Of a DNA stretch of 64,000 nucleotides, positions 20,013-29,368 are shown one piece after another; the first letter of the stretch is position 1; each line of letters starts with the position of its first letter. A model generated the notes under the pieces. That model had not been told where the DNA came from and did no database searches. It was given only the letters and a program-made list of their open reading frames with translations. Position numbers and translations under genes: made by a program. Source of the DNA: Candidatus Enterousia sp. (GTDB lineage: Bacteria > Pseudomonadota > Alphaproteobacteria > Rs-D84); contig JBGUKY010000021.1 of assembly GCA_045114635.1 (NCBI GenBank), positions 6,100-70,099 of the forward strand. The letters are read 5' to 3'.

Positions 20013-20837
20013 ATGAAAATATTCCTTTATATTTTTACATTATTTTTCATCGGTTTTAACTGTGCATATGCTGCAAGTGTTATTGGTTCTGTCAATGGCA
20101 ACCCAATCACAGATTCTGATATAACTGCACGCACAGAATTGATGGCACGCCAAGGGAAAACATCTGCAACTAATCGCAAGCAGGCATTTCAAAATATAAT
20201 TGATGATTATATAAAACTTGATTATGCGGCAAACTATAATGTTAAACCATCAGATAAAGATGCTGACAAAGAATTAAAACAAATGAATTTAGGCGATATG
20301 GATGCAACGACTCGTTCTATGGCCCGTTTGGCAATGCGTGCAAACATTGCATGGAATGTAGTGATGTCAAAAACAATTGTTCCAAACATCGAAACGACAC
20401 AATCTGATATTGAAGAAGAAAGAACAGCAATTGCACGTGAACATGGATTGCCAATCGAAGTAACCATCTTGCGCCTTATTGATGTACCAAATGATGTTTA
20501 TAAAAAATTATCAAAACCTAAAAATTGTGATAGTGCCGAAAAAATGGTCGAAGATTTGGGTGGATATCCACAAAAAATAACAGCAATGCAATATGAATTA
20601 GCGCCAGATGTTCGTGAACGCATTGCGAATTTACCTTTGCTTACATGGTCCAAGAATGAAAATGGAACTGTATTTTTAGTTTGCGAAGAAAAGAAGGGTA
20701 AAGAATATAAAAATCTTGATGAAATAATCAAACAAAATGCGGTCTATAAAAAGGCATCTTTTAATGCAGACCAACAATTAAAACAATTGCGTCGCAAGGC
20801 TGTAATTATTATTAACGACGACAGATATAAATTATGA
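20013..20837 (+). CDS. SurA N-terminal-domain periplasmic chaperone-like protein.
   Basis: Signal peptide; conserved position lptD-surA-(rlmN); 274 aa with no obvious parvulin domain. Confidence 0.4.
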   Translation: MKIFLYIFTLFFIGFNCAYAASVIGSVNGNPITDSDITARTELMARQGKTSATNRKQAFQNIIDDYIKLDYAANYNVKPSDKDADKELKQMNLGDMDATTRSMARLAMRANIAWNVVMSKTIVPNIETTQSDIEEERTAIAREHGLPIEVTILRLIDVPNDVYKKLSKPKNCDSAEKMVEDLGGYPQKITAMQYELAPDVRERIANLPLLTWSKNENGTVFLVCEEKKGKEYKNLDEIIKQNAVYKKASFNADQQLKQLRRKAVIIINDDRYKL

Positions 20838-21940
20838 AAACAATACTTTTTAATTTGAACGATTCAGAACTTGAACAATTTGTACAAGAATTGGGACAGC
20901 CACGCTTTCGTGCTAAACAAATTCGTGAATGGTTAAACAGGGGTGCACCTGATTTTTCACATATGAAAAACCTGCCCGAAGATTTACGAAATAAATTAAA
21001 CGAAGTCGCCGAAACATTGCCATTAAAAATCGTTAAAAAACTGGAAAGCAGTGACAATCAAACAACCAAGTTTTTGTTGGAACTAAATGATGGAGAACAA
21101 ATAGAATGTGTTTTGATGCGCACAACATACGGCAACAGTGTTTGTGTTTCTTCCCAGGCCGGATGCGCGATGGGATGCAAGTTCTGCGCTTCAACATTAC
21201 TTGGCCTTAAACGTAATTTAACTGTCAATGAAATGTTTTCGCAACTTTTGGTTGCTCAATGGGAATTACGTGGTGATAAATTAGATAAAAAAGATATTCA
21301 TCCAAACGGTGACGCCAATAATGGTGACGTGTCGCATATTGTTGTTATGGGAACCGGCGAACCATTACAAAACACAGAAAACGTTATTGGATTTTTGGAA
21401 CGCGCAAACAGCGAATTAAATATATCTTGGCGCCGCATTACTGTTTCAACATGCGGAATTGTTCCGGGCATAAATGAATTGAATAAGTGGGGACGTCCTA
21501 TCAATCTGGCTATATCACTGCACGCCCCAACAGACGAATTACGAAGCCAAATTATGCCAATCAATAATAAATATAAATTACAAGAGGTTTTAGACGCTGC
21601 ATTCGCGTTTTCAGACACGCACAATCGCCAATTAATGATTGAATATATACTTCTTGGCAAAAAAGACGAAAATGGTGATACAGTGCTTTATAATGCAACA
21701 AATGAATATGCTGAAAAATTGGTCGAATTATTACACGGCCATAATGTTATGGTTAATTTGATACCATGGAACAGTGTGGATGAACGCGATTTCGCATCAC
21801 TTTCCGGAAATGCAGTTCACAGATTCCAAGATATTTTGATTAAAAACGGTATTCATACAAGGATCAGACGTGAAAGGGGGGCTGATATCGGTTCTGCGTG
21901 TGGACAATTAAGATTGAAAAACGCACGGGATAAAAAATGA
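20834..21940 (+). CDS. rlmN: 23S rRNA (A2503-C2)/tRNA methyltransferase RlmN, radical SAM.
   Basis: CAMGCKFC radical-SAM motif; RlmN-type N-terminus; 368 aa. Confidence 0.9.
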   Translation: MKTILFNLNDSELEQFVQELGQPRFRAKQIREWLNRGAPDFSHMKNLPEDLRNKLNEVAETLPLKIVKKLESSDNQTTKFLLELNDGEQIECVLMRTTYGNSVCVSSQAGCAMGCKFCASTLLGLKRNLTVNEMFSQLLVAQWELRGDKLDKKDIHPNGDANNGDVSHIVVMGTGEPLQNTENVIGFLERANSELNISWRRITVSTCGIVPGINELNKWGRPINLAISLHAPTDELRSQIMPINNKYKLQEVLDAAFAFSDTHNRQLMIEYILLGKKDENGDTVLYNATNEYAEKLVELLHGHNVMVNLIPWNSVDERDFASLSGNAVHRFQDILIKNGIHTRIRRERGADIGSACGQLRLKNARDKK

Positions 21941-22686
21941 AATTACGATACATAACATGTTCTGATCCACGCGAACATAATTCGATAAAATCTATTATAT
22001 CACTGGCACGTTTACCACATGCTGAAATTGCTGTCCAATGCCACCCAAGCAAAATGTCCAAGGGTATGCCACGCAACATTTGGTTTAATGAATTATTACG
22101 TGAAGTAAATCAAACATCACGCGTAAGTTTGGCAATACATATAAACAATGAATGGTCCAATGATATTTGTACACGTGGTATTATTCCAGATATTATACTT
22201 GACTGGCTAAAAATCGAAAAACAACATAACAAACCACTTATTAAACGTGTCCAATTAAATATGTCTAAAAACACAGCAGATAATATAAATACAGATGCGT
22301 TGCGTGGTGTATTATATGATTTTCATCATACCGAGTTTATATTTCAATATAACGACAAAACGAAAGATGCGATTGAAAAACTACATAAATCATACGCAAA
22401 GTTTTCAATTCTTTTTGATGCATCTGGCGGCAATGGTATAAGCCCGCAAAATTGGCAAAAACCACCATATGAAAATCATCCAATTGGATACAGTGGTGGA
22501 ATATCACCAGATAATGTTATACGCAACCTCGATAAAATAAATGAAGTTGCTGGCGATCGTGAAATATGGATAGATGCCGAAGGCAAGCTTAAATCACAAA
22601 CATTATTCGAAGACAAGGCATTATTTGATGCAGACACCGCACGCGCATATGTTCGCCGCGCAAATATATGGCAAAGACAGCATTAA
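21937..22686 (+). CDS. Hypothetical protein; C-terminus weakly resembles a TrpF-like (PRAI) TIM-barrel.
   Basis: FDASGGNGISP...GYSGGISPDNV resembles the D.GGTG...LAGGL.P.NV phosphate-binding motifs of PRAI. Start overlaps the rlmN stop (ATGA). Confidence 0.25.
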   Translation: MKLRYITCSDPREHNSIKSIISLARLPHAEIAVQCHPSKMSKGMPRNIWFNELLREVNQTSRVSLAIHINNEWSNDICTRGIIPDIILDWLKIEKQHNKPLIKRVQLNMSKNTADNINTDALRGVLYDFHHTEFIFQYNDKTKDAIEKLHKSYAKFSILFDASGGNGISPQNWQKPPYENHPIGYSGGISPDNVIRNLDKINEVAGDREIWIDAEGKLKSQTLFEDKALFDADTARAYVRRANIWQRQH

Positions 22687-22688
22687 AA

Positions 22689-22712
22689 AAAACCGCTGAA
22701 ACGGCGGTTTTT
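22689..22712. terminator. Bidirectional intrinsic terminator.
   Basis: ACCGCTGAAACGGCGGT hairpin with flanking A-run and T-run. Confidence 0.5.
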
Positions 22713-24744
22713 AATACAGTACACAAGATTGGCCCAATCCATCATCGTGTAGGCTAGCAGATACATTAGGTAAAACTTTATGTACAGATCTCCCCATATG
22801 ACTACATAAATCTAAATCCATACCAACACAAGCTTGTCTTGAACTGCCAACACGTTTTGTTTTACCGCCATACATATTGCAAATTGTATCTATTATTGAA
22901 GAAAAATTTGTTTTTTCTGTTAAAGAATCAAAATGAAAAATGTATTTTCTGCCATCAGTATCTTTACAAGACAAATAATCATCCAGCTTTTTTGTTATAA
23001 AACCATCATCACAATATAAATTTAAATTGTTTTTTTCTGCATATAAACCAATAAGTTTTTTACCTTTGTCTAGATCAGCTTTTGTTTCGCTAAAATCTGG
23101 CACATCTTTATCTGGTCCGACACATTTGTTATTTTTCCACTCCAAATCGCCAATACAATTACATTTCATGCCTTTGCCATCCCAATTATACGCGTTCTTT
23201 TTAACATGTATCTCCAAACAACATGCTTTACCTGCTTCGGTTTTAAACTGTGATGAACAATAACCCTCTGGATTGCTGCTTATTTTATCATCTGTCCATT
23301 GTATTGGTTCGGAAGCATTTTGAAGGCCAGATGTTGTTTCTGTCTTTGCAGAACAAGTAAATGTTTTTTCATTCAATACTGGTTTATCACTTGGACATTC
23401 ACAGATTGTATTTGTTTCATTTTTTACAAGATTACCCTTACATTCTGTCACTTTACATTTATTGCCTTCGACAATCCCATCTTTTGCTTTTAATTTATTC
23501 AATGTAGCAACTTTACATTTTTTTTGGCTTGCTACACCATCATCATCAAGATCTTCGCATTTGTGGGTTTTCCTGTTTTCAACTTTATCTGGGCCACAAT
23601 CACAAACAGTTCCACGCCATGTACCACCACTTTCAGGACTTTCACATGCTGCTTTGAATTTATTTATTTGATCTGCTGTATCTTTTGTACAAACCACATC
23701 TGAATCTAAACCTTTGGAAGCGATCGAATAATTTTTACCATTTAATGTTGTGTGGAAACCAGATTTACATTCTTGGATAAAACATTCCATTGTTCCGCCT
23801 TCGGCTTCTAAATAAACAGCTTTGACGGCATTATTTTGTTTTAAAAATTCAGAACCACACGGATCTTGTTCGGTGCTAGTTTTTGCACGTTTTTCTTTGC
23901 TTTTATCTACCACAGGGGCTGTTGATACAACTTTTTTGTTTTTACCTGGTTCGGTTGTTATAGCGTTTCCTTCTACTTCATCTTCATCGGATTCATCAGC
24001 TATACATTGTTTAGAATCAGGCGTGTAAAAACCATTGTTACATTCATTTATCAAACATTGTACTATTGTTTTTTCTGTATAATCTTCTGGTATAACTTTT
24101 TTTGTTGCCTCTTCTTCAGAAACAGAGGTTATTGTTTTATACGTTTCCCAATTTGTTGTCGCCCAAGCGCCACCGAATTTTGTAGTTTTTATATTGTCTG
24201 ATTTCTTGTTATCATCGTGTCCCTTGCAATTTGTCATAAACTTAATCACAGCATCTGCAAATTGTGAACGCAAAGACGGTGGTAATTCTTCTGGTTCATA
24301 TCCACGTGTAATAACACTATCGCCAGGATTTCCAGCCAAACCATTTATTCTTGCTATATCTTGTGTGGCAATAATTGTTAATGTATGTGTTCTATTGTAT
24401 TCGGCCACCCTTGCCGCTTCTGCAGCTTCTTCTTCAGCTTTTTGTTGTTTTTTTCTGTTATATTCTTTTTCTTTGTCCTGAAGAGTCGTATTTTGTTTTT
24501 CTATTGTTTTAGTATTATCTTTGATTATTTTTGCTTCTGCTATATTTCCAGCAACACCAACAGCAGTTAATCCAAGTGTCGATATTCCGGCAATCTGAAG
24601 TCCCTTATTGGTTCCCATACATTTTTCTAGTTCTTCTATTTTGCGCTGCTTTTCACGCACCAATTGGGTGTAACGCGCAGACGAACCAAAACATATACTT
24701 GGGGTCACTAGCAATAACAAAAAAGACATAAAATATTTTTTCAT
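22711..24744 (-). CDS. Cysteine-rich repeat secreted/surface protein carrying an N-terminal Cys+glycine-zipper module.
   Basis: Signal peptide, then EKCMGTNKGLQIAGISTLGLTAVGVAGNIAEAK, then many Cys-bounded repeats (INECNNGFYTPD / IQECKSGFHTT / CKVTECKGN...). 677 aa. Confidence 0.55.
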   Translation of the reverse strand: MKKYFMSFLLLLVTPSICFGSSARYTQLVREKQRKIEELEKCMGTNKGLQIAGISTLGLTAVGVAGNIAEAKIIKDNTKTIEKQNTTLQDKEKEYNRKKQQKAEEEAAEAARVAEYNRTHTLTIIATQDIARINGLAGNPGDSVITRGYEPEELPPSLRSQFADAVIKFMTNCKGHDDNKKSDNIKTTKFGGAWATTNWETYKTITSVSEEEATKKVIPEDYTEKTIVQCLINECNNGFYTPDSKQCIADESDEDEVEGNAITTEPGKNKKVVSTAPVVDKSKEKRAKTSTEQDPCGSEFLKQNNAVKAVYLEAEGGTMECFIQECKSGFHTTLNGKNYSIASKGLDSDVVCTKDTADQINKFKAACESPESGGTWRGTVCDCGPDKVENRKTHKCEDLDDDGVASQKKCKVATLNKLKAKDGIVEGNKCKVTECKGNLVKNETNTICECPSDKPVLNEKTFTCSAKTETTSGLQNASEPIQWTDDKISSNPEGYCSSQFKTEAGKACCLEIHVKKNAYNWDGKGMKCNCIGDLEWKNNKCVGPDKDVPDFSETKADLDKGKKLIGLYAEKNNLNLYCDDGFITKKLDDYLSCKDTDGRKYIFHFDSLTEKTNFSSIIDTICNMYGGKTKRVGSSRQACVGMDLDLCSHMGRSVHKVLPNVSASLHDDGLGQSCVLY

Positions 24745-25112
24745 TATTCGTTACCTATGTTTTCTATTTTTTTATCCCAAGATTTGAGTTGTTCTTTGTT
24801 TGAAGAAATAGTATCTTTTTGTTCCTTGATTTTTACCCCCTGAACACCAGCAGCAATACCTGTTGATACAACACCAGCCGAACCAATAACAGTTGCAGCA
24901 ACCCAGCCTTTTTTCTGTTTTTCACATTTAGCAATTTCTTCGTCCAATATAGCAATATCATTTTCAAGTATAGCAATAGCTTCTTCTTCATTTAATTCTG
25001 CTTCCATTTCTGCTGCATATTTTTCAGCGGTATGATTTTTTGTCTTTACCGCAGCATCTGCATTGAAAGCACCAAAAGCAATCATCAGAACAAATATAAA
25101 TATATTTTTCAC
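24744..25112 (-). CDS. Small secreted protein with a Cys+glycine-zipper module, paralogous to the N-terminus of the upstream 677 aa gene.
   Basis: Signal peptide MKNIFIFVLMIAFGAFNADA; AKCEKQKKGWVAATVIGSAGVVSTGIAAGVQGVK aligns with the 677 aa protein's module; coiled-coil flanks. Confidence 0.45.
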   Translation of the reverse strand: MKNIFIFVLMIAFGAFNADAAVKTKNHTAEKYAAEMEAELNEEEAIAILENDIAILDEEIAKCEKQKKGWVAATVIGSAGVVSTGIAAGVQGVKIKEQKDTISSNKEQLKSWDKKIENIGNE

Positions 25113-25175
25113 GAAAATCCCCCTGCTCTATTATTTAATATATTATACCATAAAACGCATATATATAAAAACAAA

Positions 25176-25198
25176 AAACCGACCAAAAGGTCGGCTGA
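25176..25198 (-). terminator. Intrinsic terminator downstream of tRNA-Val (minus strand).
   Basis: CCGACCAAAAGGTCGG hairpin followed by a T-run on the minus strand. Confidence 0.5.
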
Positions 25199-25203
25199 AT
25201 TTC

Positions 25204-25280
25204 TGGTGGGCGTTAAGGGACTCAAACCCCTGACCCTCTCGGTGTAAACGAGATGCTCTAATCAACTGAGCTAAACGCCC
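25204..25280 (-). tRNA. tRNA-Val (anticodon TAC).
   Basis: Folded by hand: acceptor GGGCGTT/AACGCCC, D-arm GCTC...GAGC, anticodon stem TCTCG/CGAGA with loop TTTACAC, 3'-CCA encoded. T-loop reads TTTGAGT, which is atypical at position 56. Confidence 0.75.
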
Positions 25281-25330
25281 AAAGCGATAACAATATTACC
25301 TTATTTTTTTTATTTGTCCAGTGTTTTTTA

Positions 25331-25636
25331 TTATTCCAACGAACCTGTGACTTCATTCATTGTCTTTTCAATCAATGCATCTGCCTTATTTTTAGCATCA
25401 GAATATGCATCCATTACATATTTTGAAACCATTTCGGCACCATTTTCCAAAGCCAAAGGCTGAATTACAACGGACAAGACATCATATTTACCGGTCATTG
25501 TTACAATAACATTACCATTTCCAGCAATACCGCGCACCTGCATTTGACCAAGAGAATCTTGTGCGGCCGCTATTTTTGTTTGTAAATCTGCCGCTTGGGC
25601 CATCAATGATTCCATATCCATTGTGTTTGTCTCCAT
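25331..25636 (-). CDS. ybaB: Nucleoid-associated protein YbaB/EbfC.
   Basis: ~100 aa; the MQ...G.AG.G.V.V..G pattern and overall YbaB-family similarity. Confidence 0.8.
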   Translation of the reverse strand: METNTMDMESLMAQAADLQTKIAAAQDSLGQMQVRGIAGNGNVIVTMTGKYDVLSVVIQPLALENGAEMVSKYVMDAYSDAKNKADALIEKTMNEVTGSLE

Positions 25637-25638
25637 TT

Positions 25639-26004
25639 TTATCTTTCGTTTATCATCATCAACTGTACTGCTTTAGCAGGAAGTTCCAAATGTCTTTCCC
25701 AAAAATCATTCAAATAAAGTTTTGGAATGATATTTGTATTTGCATCTTTTAATGCCGCATCATACGTATCAAAAAGATTATTACCACTTAGCATTAAAAA
25801 TAATCTTTTTTGTCCCGATGGCGCAATATCGTATCTGTGCATTTCAAAACGGTATTTACCTGTGATTTCGCTGTGTGCAATACCTGTTAAAAACATACCA
25901 GCTAATATCTCTCTATATTTTGCAACTTGGGCGACAGAGCAGCCTAAATAGGCTGCCCAATCGCTGTCCCTCCATTGTGTTCTATCTTCCATAGCCACAA
26001 TCAA
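25639..26004 (-). CDS. Hypothetical protein (121 aa), co-transcribed upstream of ybaB.
   Basis: ORF with a tight 3 nt junction to ybaB; possible HTH-like stretch (CSVAQVAKYREI). Confidence 0.3.
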   Translation of the reverse strand: MIVAMEDRTQWRDSDWAAYLGCSVAQVAKYREILAGMFLTGIAHSEITGKYRFEMHRYDIAPSGQKRLFLMLSGNNLFDTYDAALKDANTNIIPKLYLNDFWERHLELPAKAVQLMMINER

Positions 26005-26015
26005 GACCTTTGATT

Positions 26016-28172
26016 TTATTTCTTTTCTTTGCCTGTTTTTTGATCAATACCAACCATAGACAAACGTGTTTTACCGCGCTTATCGGTACCAAGGTATTTT
26101 ACAAAAACTTTATCACCAAGGTTGATTTTAGCATCTTCGATTTTTGCTAATCTTTCGCCTGTGATTTCAGAAATATGAACCAAAGATTCAAAGTTTTTCA
26201 AAATCTTTACAAACAAACCAAAATCTTTGATGCCGCTGACTTCACCTTCATAGATTTCTCCAACTTCTGGTTCTGCAACGATTTCTTTGATGCGCGCCAT
26301 GGCTGCATGACCATCTTCTGGGGTCGAAGCCATAATTTTAATACTGCCATCATCTTCTAATTCGATTTGGGTATTTGTTTCACGTGTCAAAGCTTGAATC
26401 ACTGAACCACCTTTGCCGATAACATCACGAACTTTATCCGGATCAATTTTCATTGTATATGCTTGTGGCGCATATTCTGACAATTGTTTACGTGGTGCCT
26501 TGATTGCTTTTTCAATTTTGCCAAGGATGTGCATACGGCCATCTTTTGCCTGGGCCAATGCATGTTCCATGATTTCAAAAGTGATAGATGTGATTTTGAT
26601 ATCCATTTGTAATGCTGTTATACCTTTATCAGTTCCTGTAACTTTAAAGTCCATATCACCAAGGTGATCTTCATCGCCCAAGATATCTGTCAAAATAGCA
26701 TAATCATCGCCTTCTTTGATCAATCCCATCGCGATACCTGCAACCGGACGTTTCATTGGAACACCACCATCCATCATCGCCAATGTAGCACCACATGTTG
26801 TTGCCATTGATGAAGAACCATTTGATTCCAAAATGTCGCTGCATACACGAATTACATAATCAAATTCGCTACGGCTTGGTACCATTGGATGAACAGCACG
26901 CCATGCCAAATTACCGTGACCCAATTCACGACGACCTGGGGATTTCAAACCTTTTGCTTCACCAACTGAATATCCTGGGAAGTTATAATTCAAGATGAAA
27001 TCGCGTTCATCATCACCATCCAAAGATTCAATTGGCAATGCATCTTTGCCACCACCAAGTGTCAAAGATACCAAAGCTTGTGTTTCACCACGTGTAAACA
27101 ATGCGGAACCATGTGCACGTGGCAAAATACCCAATTCAATTTCAATTGGACGAACAGTCTTTGTATCACGACCATCGATACGTGGTTTGCCTTCCAAAAT
27201 ATTGGTGCGCATAATACGTGCGGTAATACCTTCTACAATTTCATCAGCCCAAGATTCCAATGTTGAAGTTGCTGTTTCTGGGAACAATTCAGCAATACGT
27301 GCCTTTGCTTTTGCATGAATTTCAGACAATGTATCAAGACGAACTAATTTTTCTTTGATCAACAAAGCGTCTGTAATTTCAGGTGCAAATTGTTCAAAGT
27401 CTTTTTCCATAACAACGTATTCTTCGCTGTGTTCTGGAATCGCCCAAGGTTCTTTACCTGCTTTTTCAACAAATTCGTTAATTGCTTTGATAACAGTTTG
27501 TTGTTGATCAAAACCGAATTTCACAGCACCTAATGTTGTCTTTTCATCTAATTCACCAATTTCAGATTCAACCATTAACACGCCATCTTTTGTAGCGGCA
27601 ACAACCAAATCCATTTGTGATTCTTCAACTTCTTTCTTGGATGGGTTTAACAAATATTTACCATCTTTATATCCAACACGTGCTGCACCAATTGGGCCTG
27701 CAAAAGGGACACCAGAAATTGCCAATGCGGCAGATGACGCAATCATCGCCAAAATATCAGGTTGATTTTTCTTGTCATAAGAAAATACCTGAGCAATGAT
27801 TTGAACTTTATTTTTAAATGTTTCTGGGAACAAAGGACGTATAGGACGATCAATAAGACGTGCAATCAATGTTTCGCTTACACTTGCTTTACCTTCACGT
27901 CTGTCACGTGATCCTGGGATACGACCAGCGGACGCATATTTTTCTTGGTAATCAACTGTCAAAGGAAAGAAATCTTGACCTTCGACTGCTGTTTTTTCTG
28001 CACATACTGTTGCCAAAACCATTGTTTGACCCATTGTTGCCATAACAGCACCTGTTGCTTGTTTTGCATAACGACCTGTTTCCAAGCGAACAGTTTCATC
28101 ACCGTACTGAAATTCAACAGCAACCGGATTATTTAAAACATTTTTTTCGCCTTTTTTAAACATTCCAAACAT
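26016..28172 (-). CDS. pnp: Polynucleotide phosphorylase.
   Basis: RNase PH, KH and S1 domains; conserved FFPLTVDYQEK and LIDRPIRPLF motifs. Start chosen at MFGMFKK (GGAG RBS 7 nt upstream) rather than the track's extended 28253. Confidence 0.93.
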   Translation of the reverse strand: MFGMFKKGEKNVLNNPVAVEFQYGDETVRLETGRYAKQATGAVMATMGQTMVLATVCAEKTAVEGQDFFPLTVDYQEKYASAGRIPGSRDRREGKASVSETLIARLIDRPIRPLFPETFKNKVQIIAQVFSYDKKNQPDILAMIASSAALAISGVPFAGPIGAARVGYKDGKYLLNPSKKEVEESQMDLVVAATKDGVLMVESEIGELDEKTTLGAVKFGFDQQQTVIKAINEFVEKAGKEPWAIPEHSEEYVVMEKDFEQFAPEITDALLIKEKLVRLDTLSEIHAKAKARIAELFPETATSTLESWADEIVEGITARIMRTNILEGKPRIDGRDTKTVRPIEIELGILPRAHGSALFTRGETQALVSLTLGGGKDALPIESLDGDDERDFILNYNFPGYSVGEAKGLKSPGRRELGHGNLAWRAVHPMVPSRSEFDYVIRVCSDILESNGSSSMATTCGATLAMMDGGVPMKRPVAGIAMGLIKEGDDYAILTDILGDEDHLGDMDFKVTGTDKGITALQMDIKITSITFEIMEHALAQAKDGRMHILGKIEKAIKAPRKQLSEYAPQAYTMKIDPDKVRDVIGKGGSVIQALTRETNTQIELEDDGSIKIMASTPEDGHAAMARIKEIVAEPEVGEIYEGEVSGIKDFGLFVKILKNFESLVHISEITGERLAKIEDAKINLGDKVFVKYLGTDKRGKTRLSMVGIDQKTGKEKK

Positions 28173-28372
28173 ATATTTCTCCATTTTTTGTTTGTTCATA
28201 ATTTTGCGAAGAAAAATTATTCGTTTTTGTATTCTTTCAAAAATCAAATACAAGAAAGAACAATTCTATCTTCGCGACCTGATACGGATTATAAAATATA
28301 TTTATATATTTGCAAGATTTTAGACTAATATTTTTTATTGACAATTTTGTTTTTTGTGTAATTATATAACAC

Positions 28373-29368
28373 ATGATAAAACCATTAAAAACTTTACAAC
28401 AAAATATCCGTTTTGCAGGCGAATGTTTGCAACTAGTAAAACACGCACCTTATTATTTGATATTTAAAACAACCCACTATTGTTGGTATAAATGTCCACA
28501 CTGTTGCGAAAAGGCCGGTCCAGACCAAGAAAAAACATATATTCCCCAAGAAACAATATTCGAAATTTTAAACCAGGCTAAACAAGACCCGCTTTTTATT
28601 AACGAAGTTGTTTTTACTGGCGGGGAAATATTTTCATCGTATAAATTCGGCGACAAAAAATACATTCCAAATTTATTAAATTTTGCAATTCAGAATAATA
28701 TCGGGGTCGACATAAAAACCAATGCCGGATGGGTAAACACCTCTTTTGGTCAAGAAATTTTTAAAGACCTGCGCAAAGTTATAACTGATAACGCCCCAAA
28801 AGAGTATAGATTACCAAAAATTCAAATATCTTTGTCTTTGGATAAATATCACACAAATTGTTTTGAAAATAATTTGAAATTTATTCAAGAATTGGCTGGA
28901 TTACCTGTTATGATTAACATGGCTTCTTTTGTTGGCCAAGAACCAATTGTTCAAGAATTTGAACATCAATTAAAATCAAAATTCAAAACCAAAGAATTAA
29001 TATTTCTTGATTCAAACGAACATTTGTTATCAATTAACGAAAAGATGCTCTTTCAACACAGTTTTGCAAACTTGTTTGACGGTGGACGTGCATCAAAAAA
29101 TCCAGAAGCAAAACACATACAGTATCCACAATTTGCGTTTGTACAACCAAACCGAGGAAAGCTATTAAAATTAGTTGCTTTTGATAACTTTGGACGCGTA
29201 ACATTGGGTGAAAATTCTGGTCGTAAAATTATGACACCATATTTGGACGAAAACAGACAATTGAAACCTCTTCCAAAAATAATGCAAGATTTAAATAAAT
29301 CTGCATTTAAAGAGGCTTTGTATTTTGTATATTACGAAAGAATTTGGAACCCTATACCAACAAGATAA
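28373..29368 (+). CDS. Radical SAM domain protein of unknown function.
   Basis: CWYKCPHCC (Cx3Cx2C) near the N-terminus followed by a VFTGGE SAM-binding motif; 331 aa; own promoter-like TTGACA upstream. Confidence 0.5.
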   Translation: MIKPLKTLQQNIRFAGECLQLVKHAPYYLIFKTTHYCWYKCPHCCEKAGPDQEKTYIPQETIFEILNQAKQDPLFINEVVFTGGEIFSSYKFGDKKYIPNLLNFAIQNNIGVDIKTNAGWVNTSFGQEIFKDLRKVITDNAPKEYRLPKIQISLSLDKYHTNCFENNLKFIQELAGLPVMINMASFVGQEPIVQEFEHQLKSKFKTKELIFLDSNEHLLSINEKMLFQHSFANLFDGGRASKNPEAKHIQYPQFAFVQPNRGKLLKLVAFDNFGRVTLGENSGRKIMTPYLDENRQLKPLPKIMQDLNKSAFKEALYFVYYERIWNPIPTR

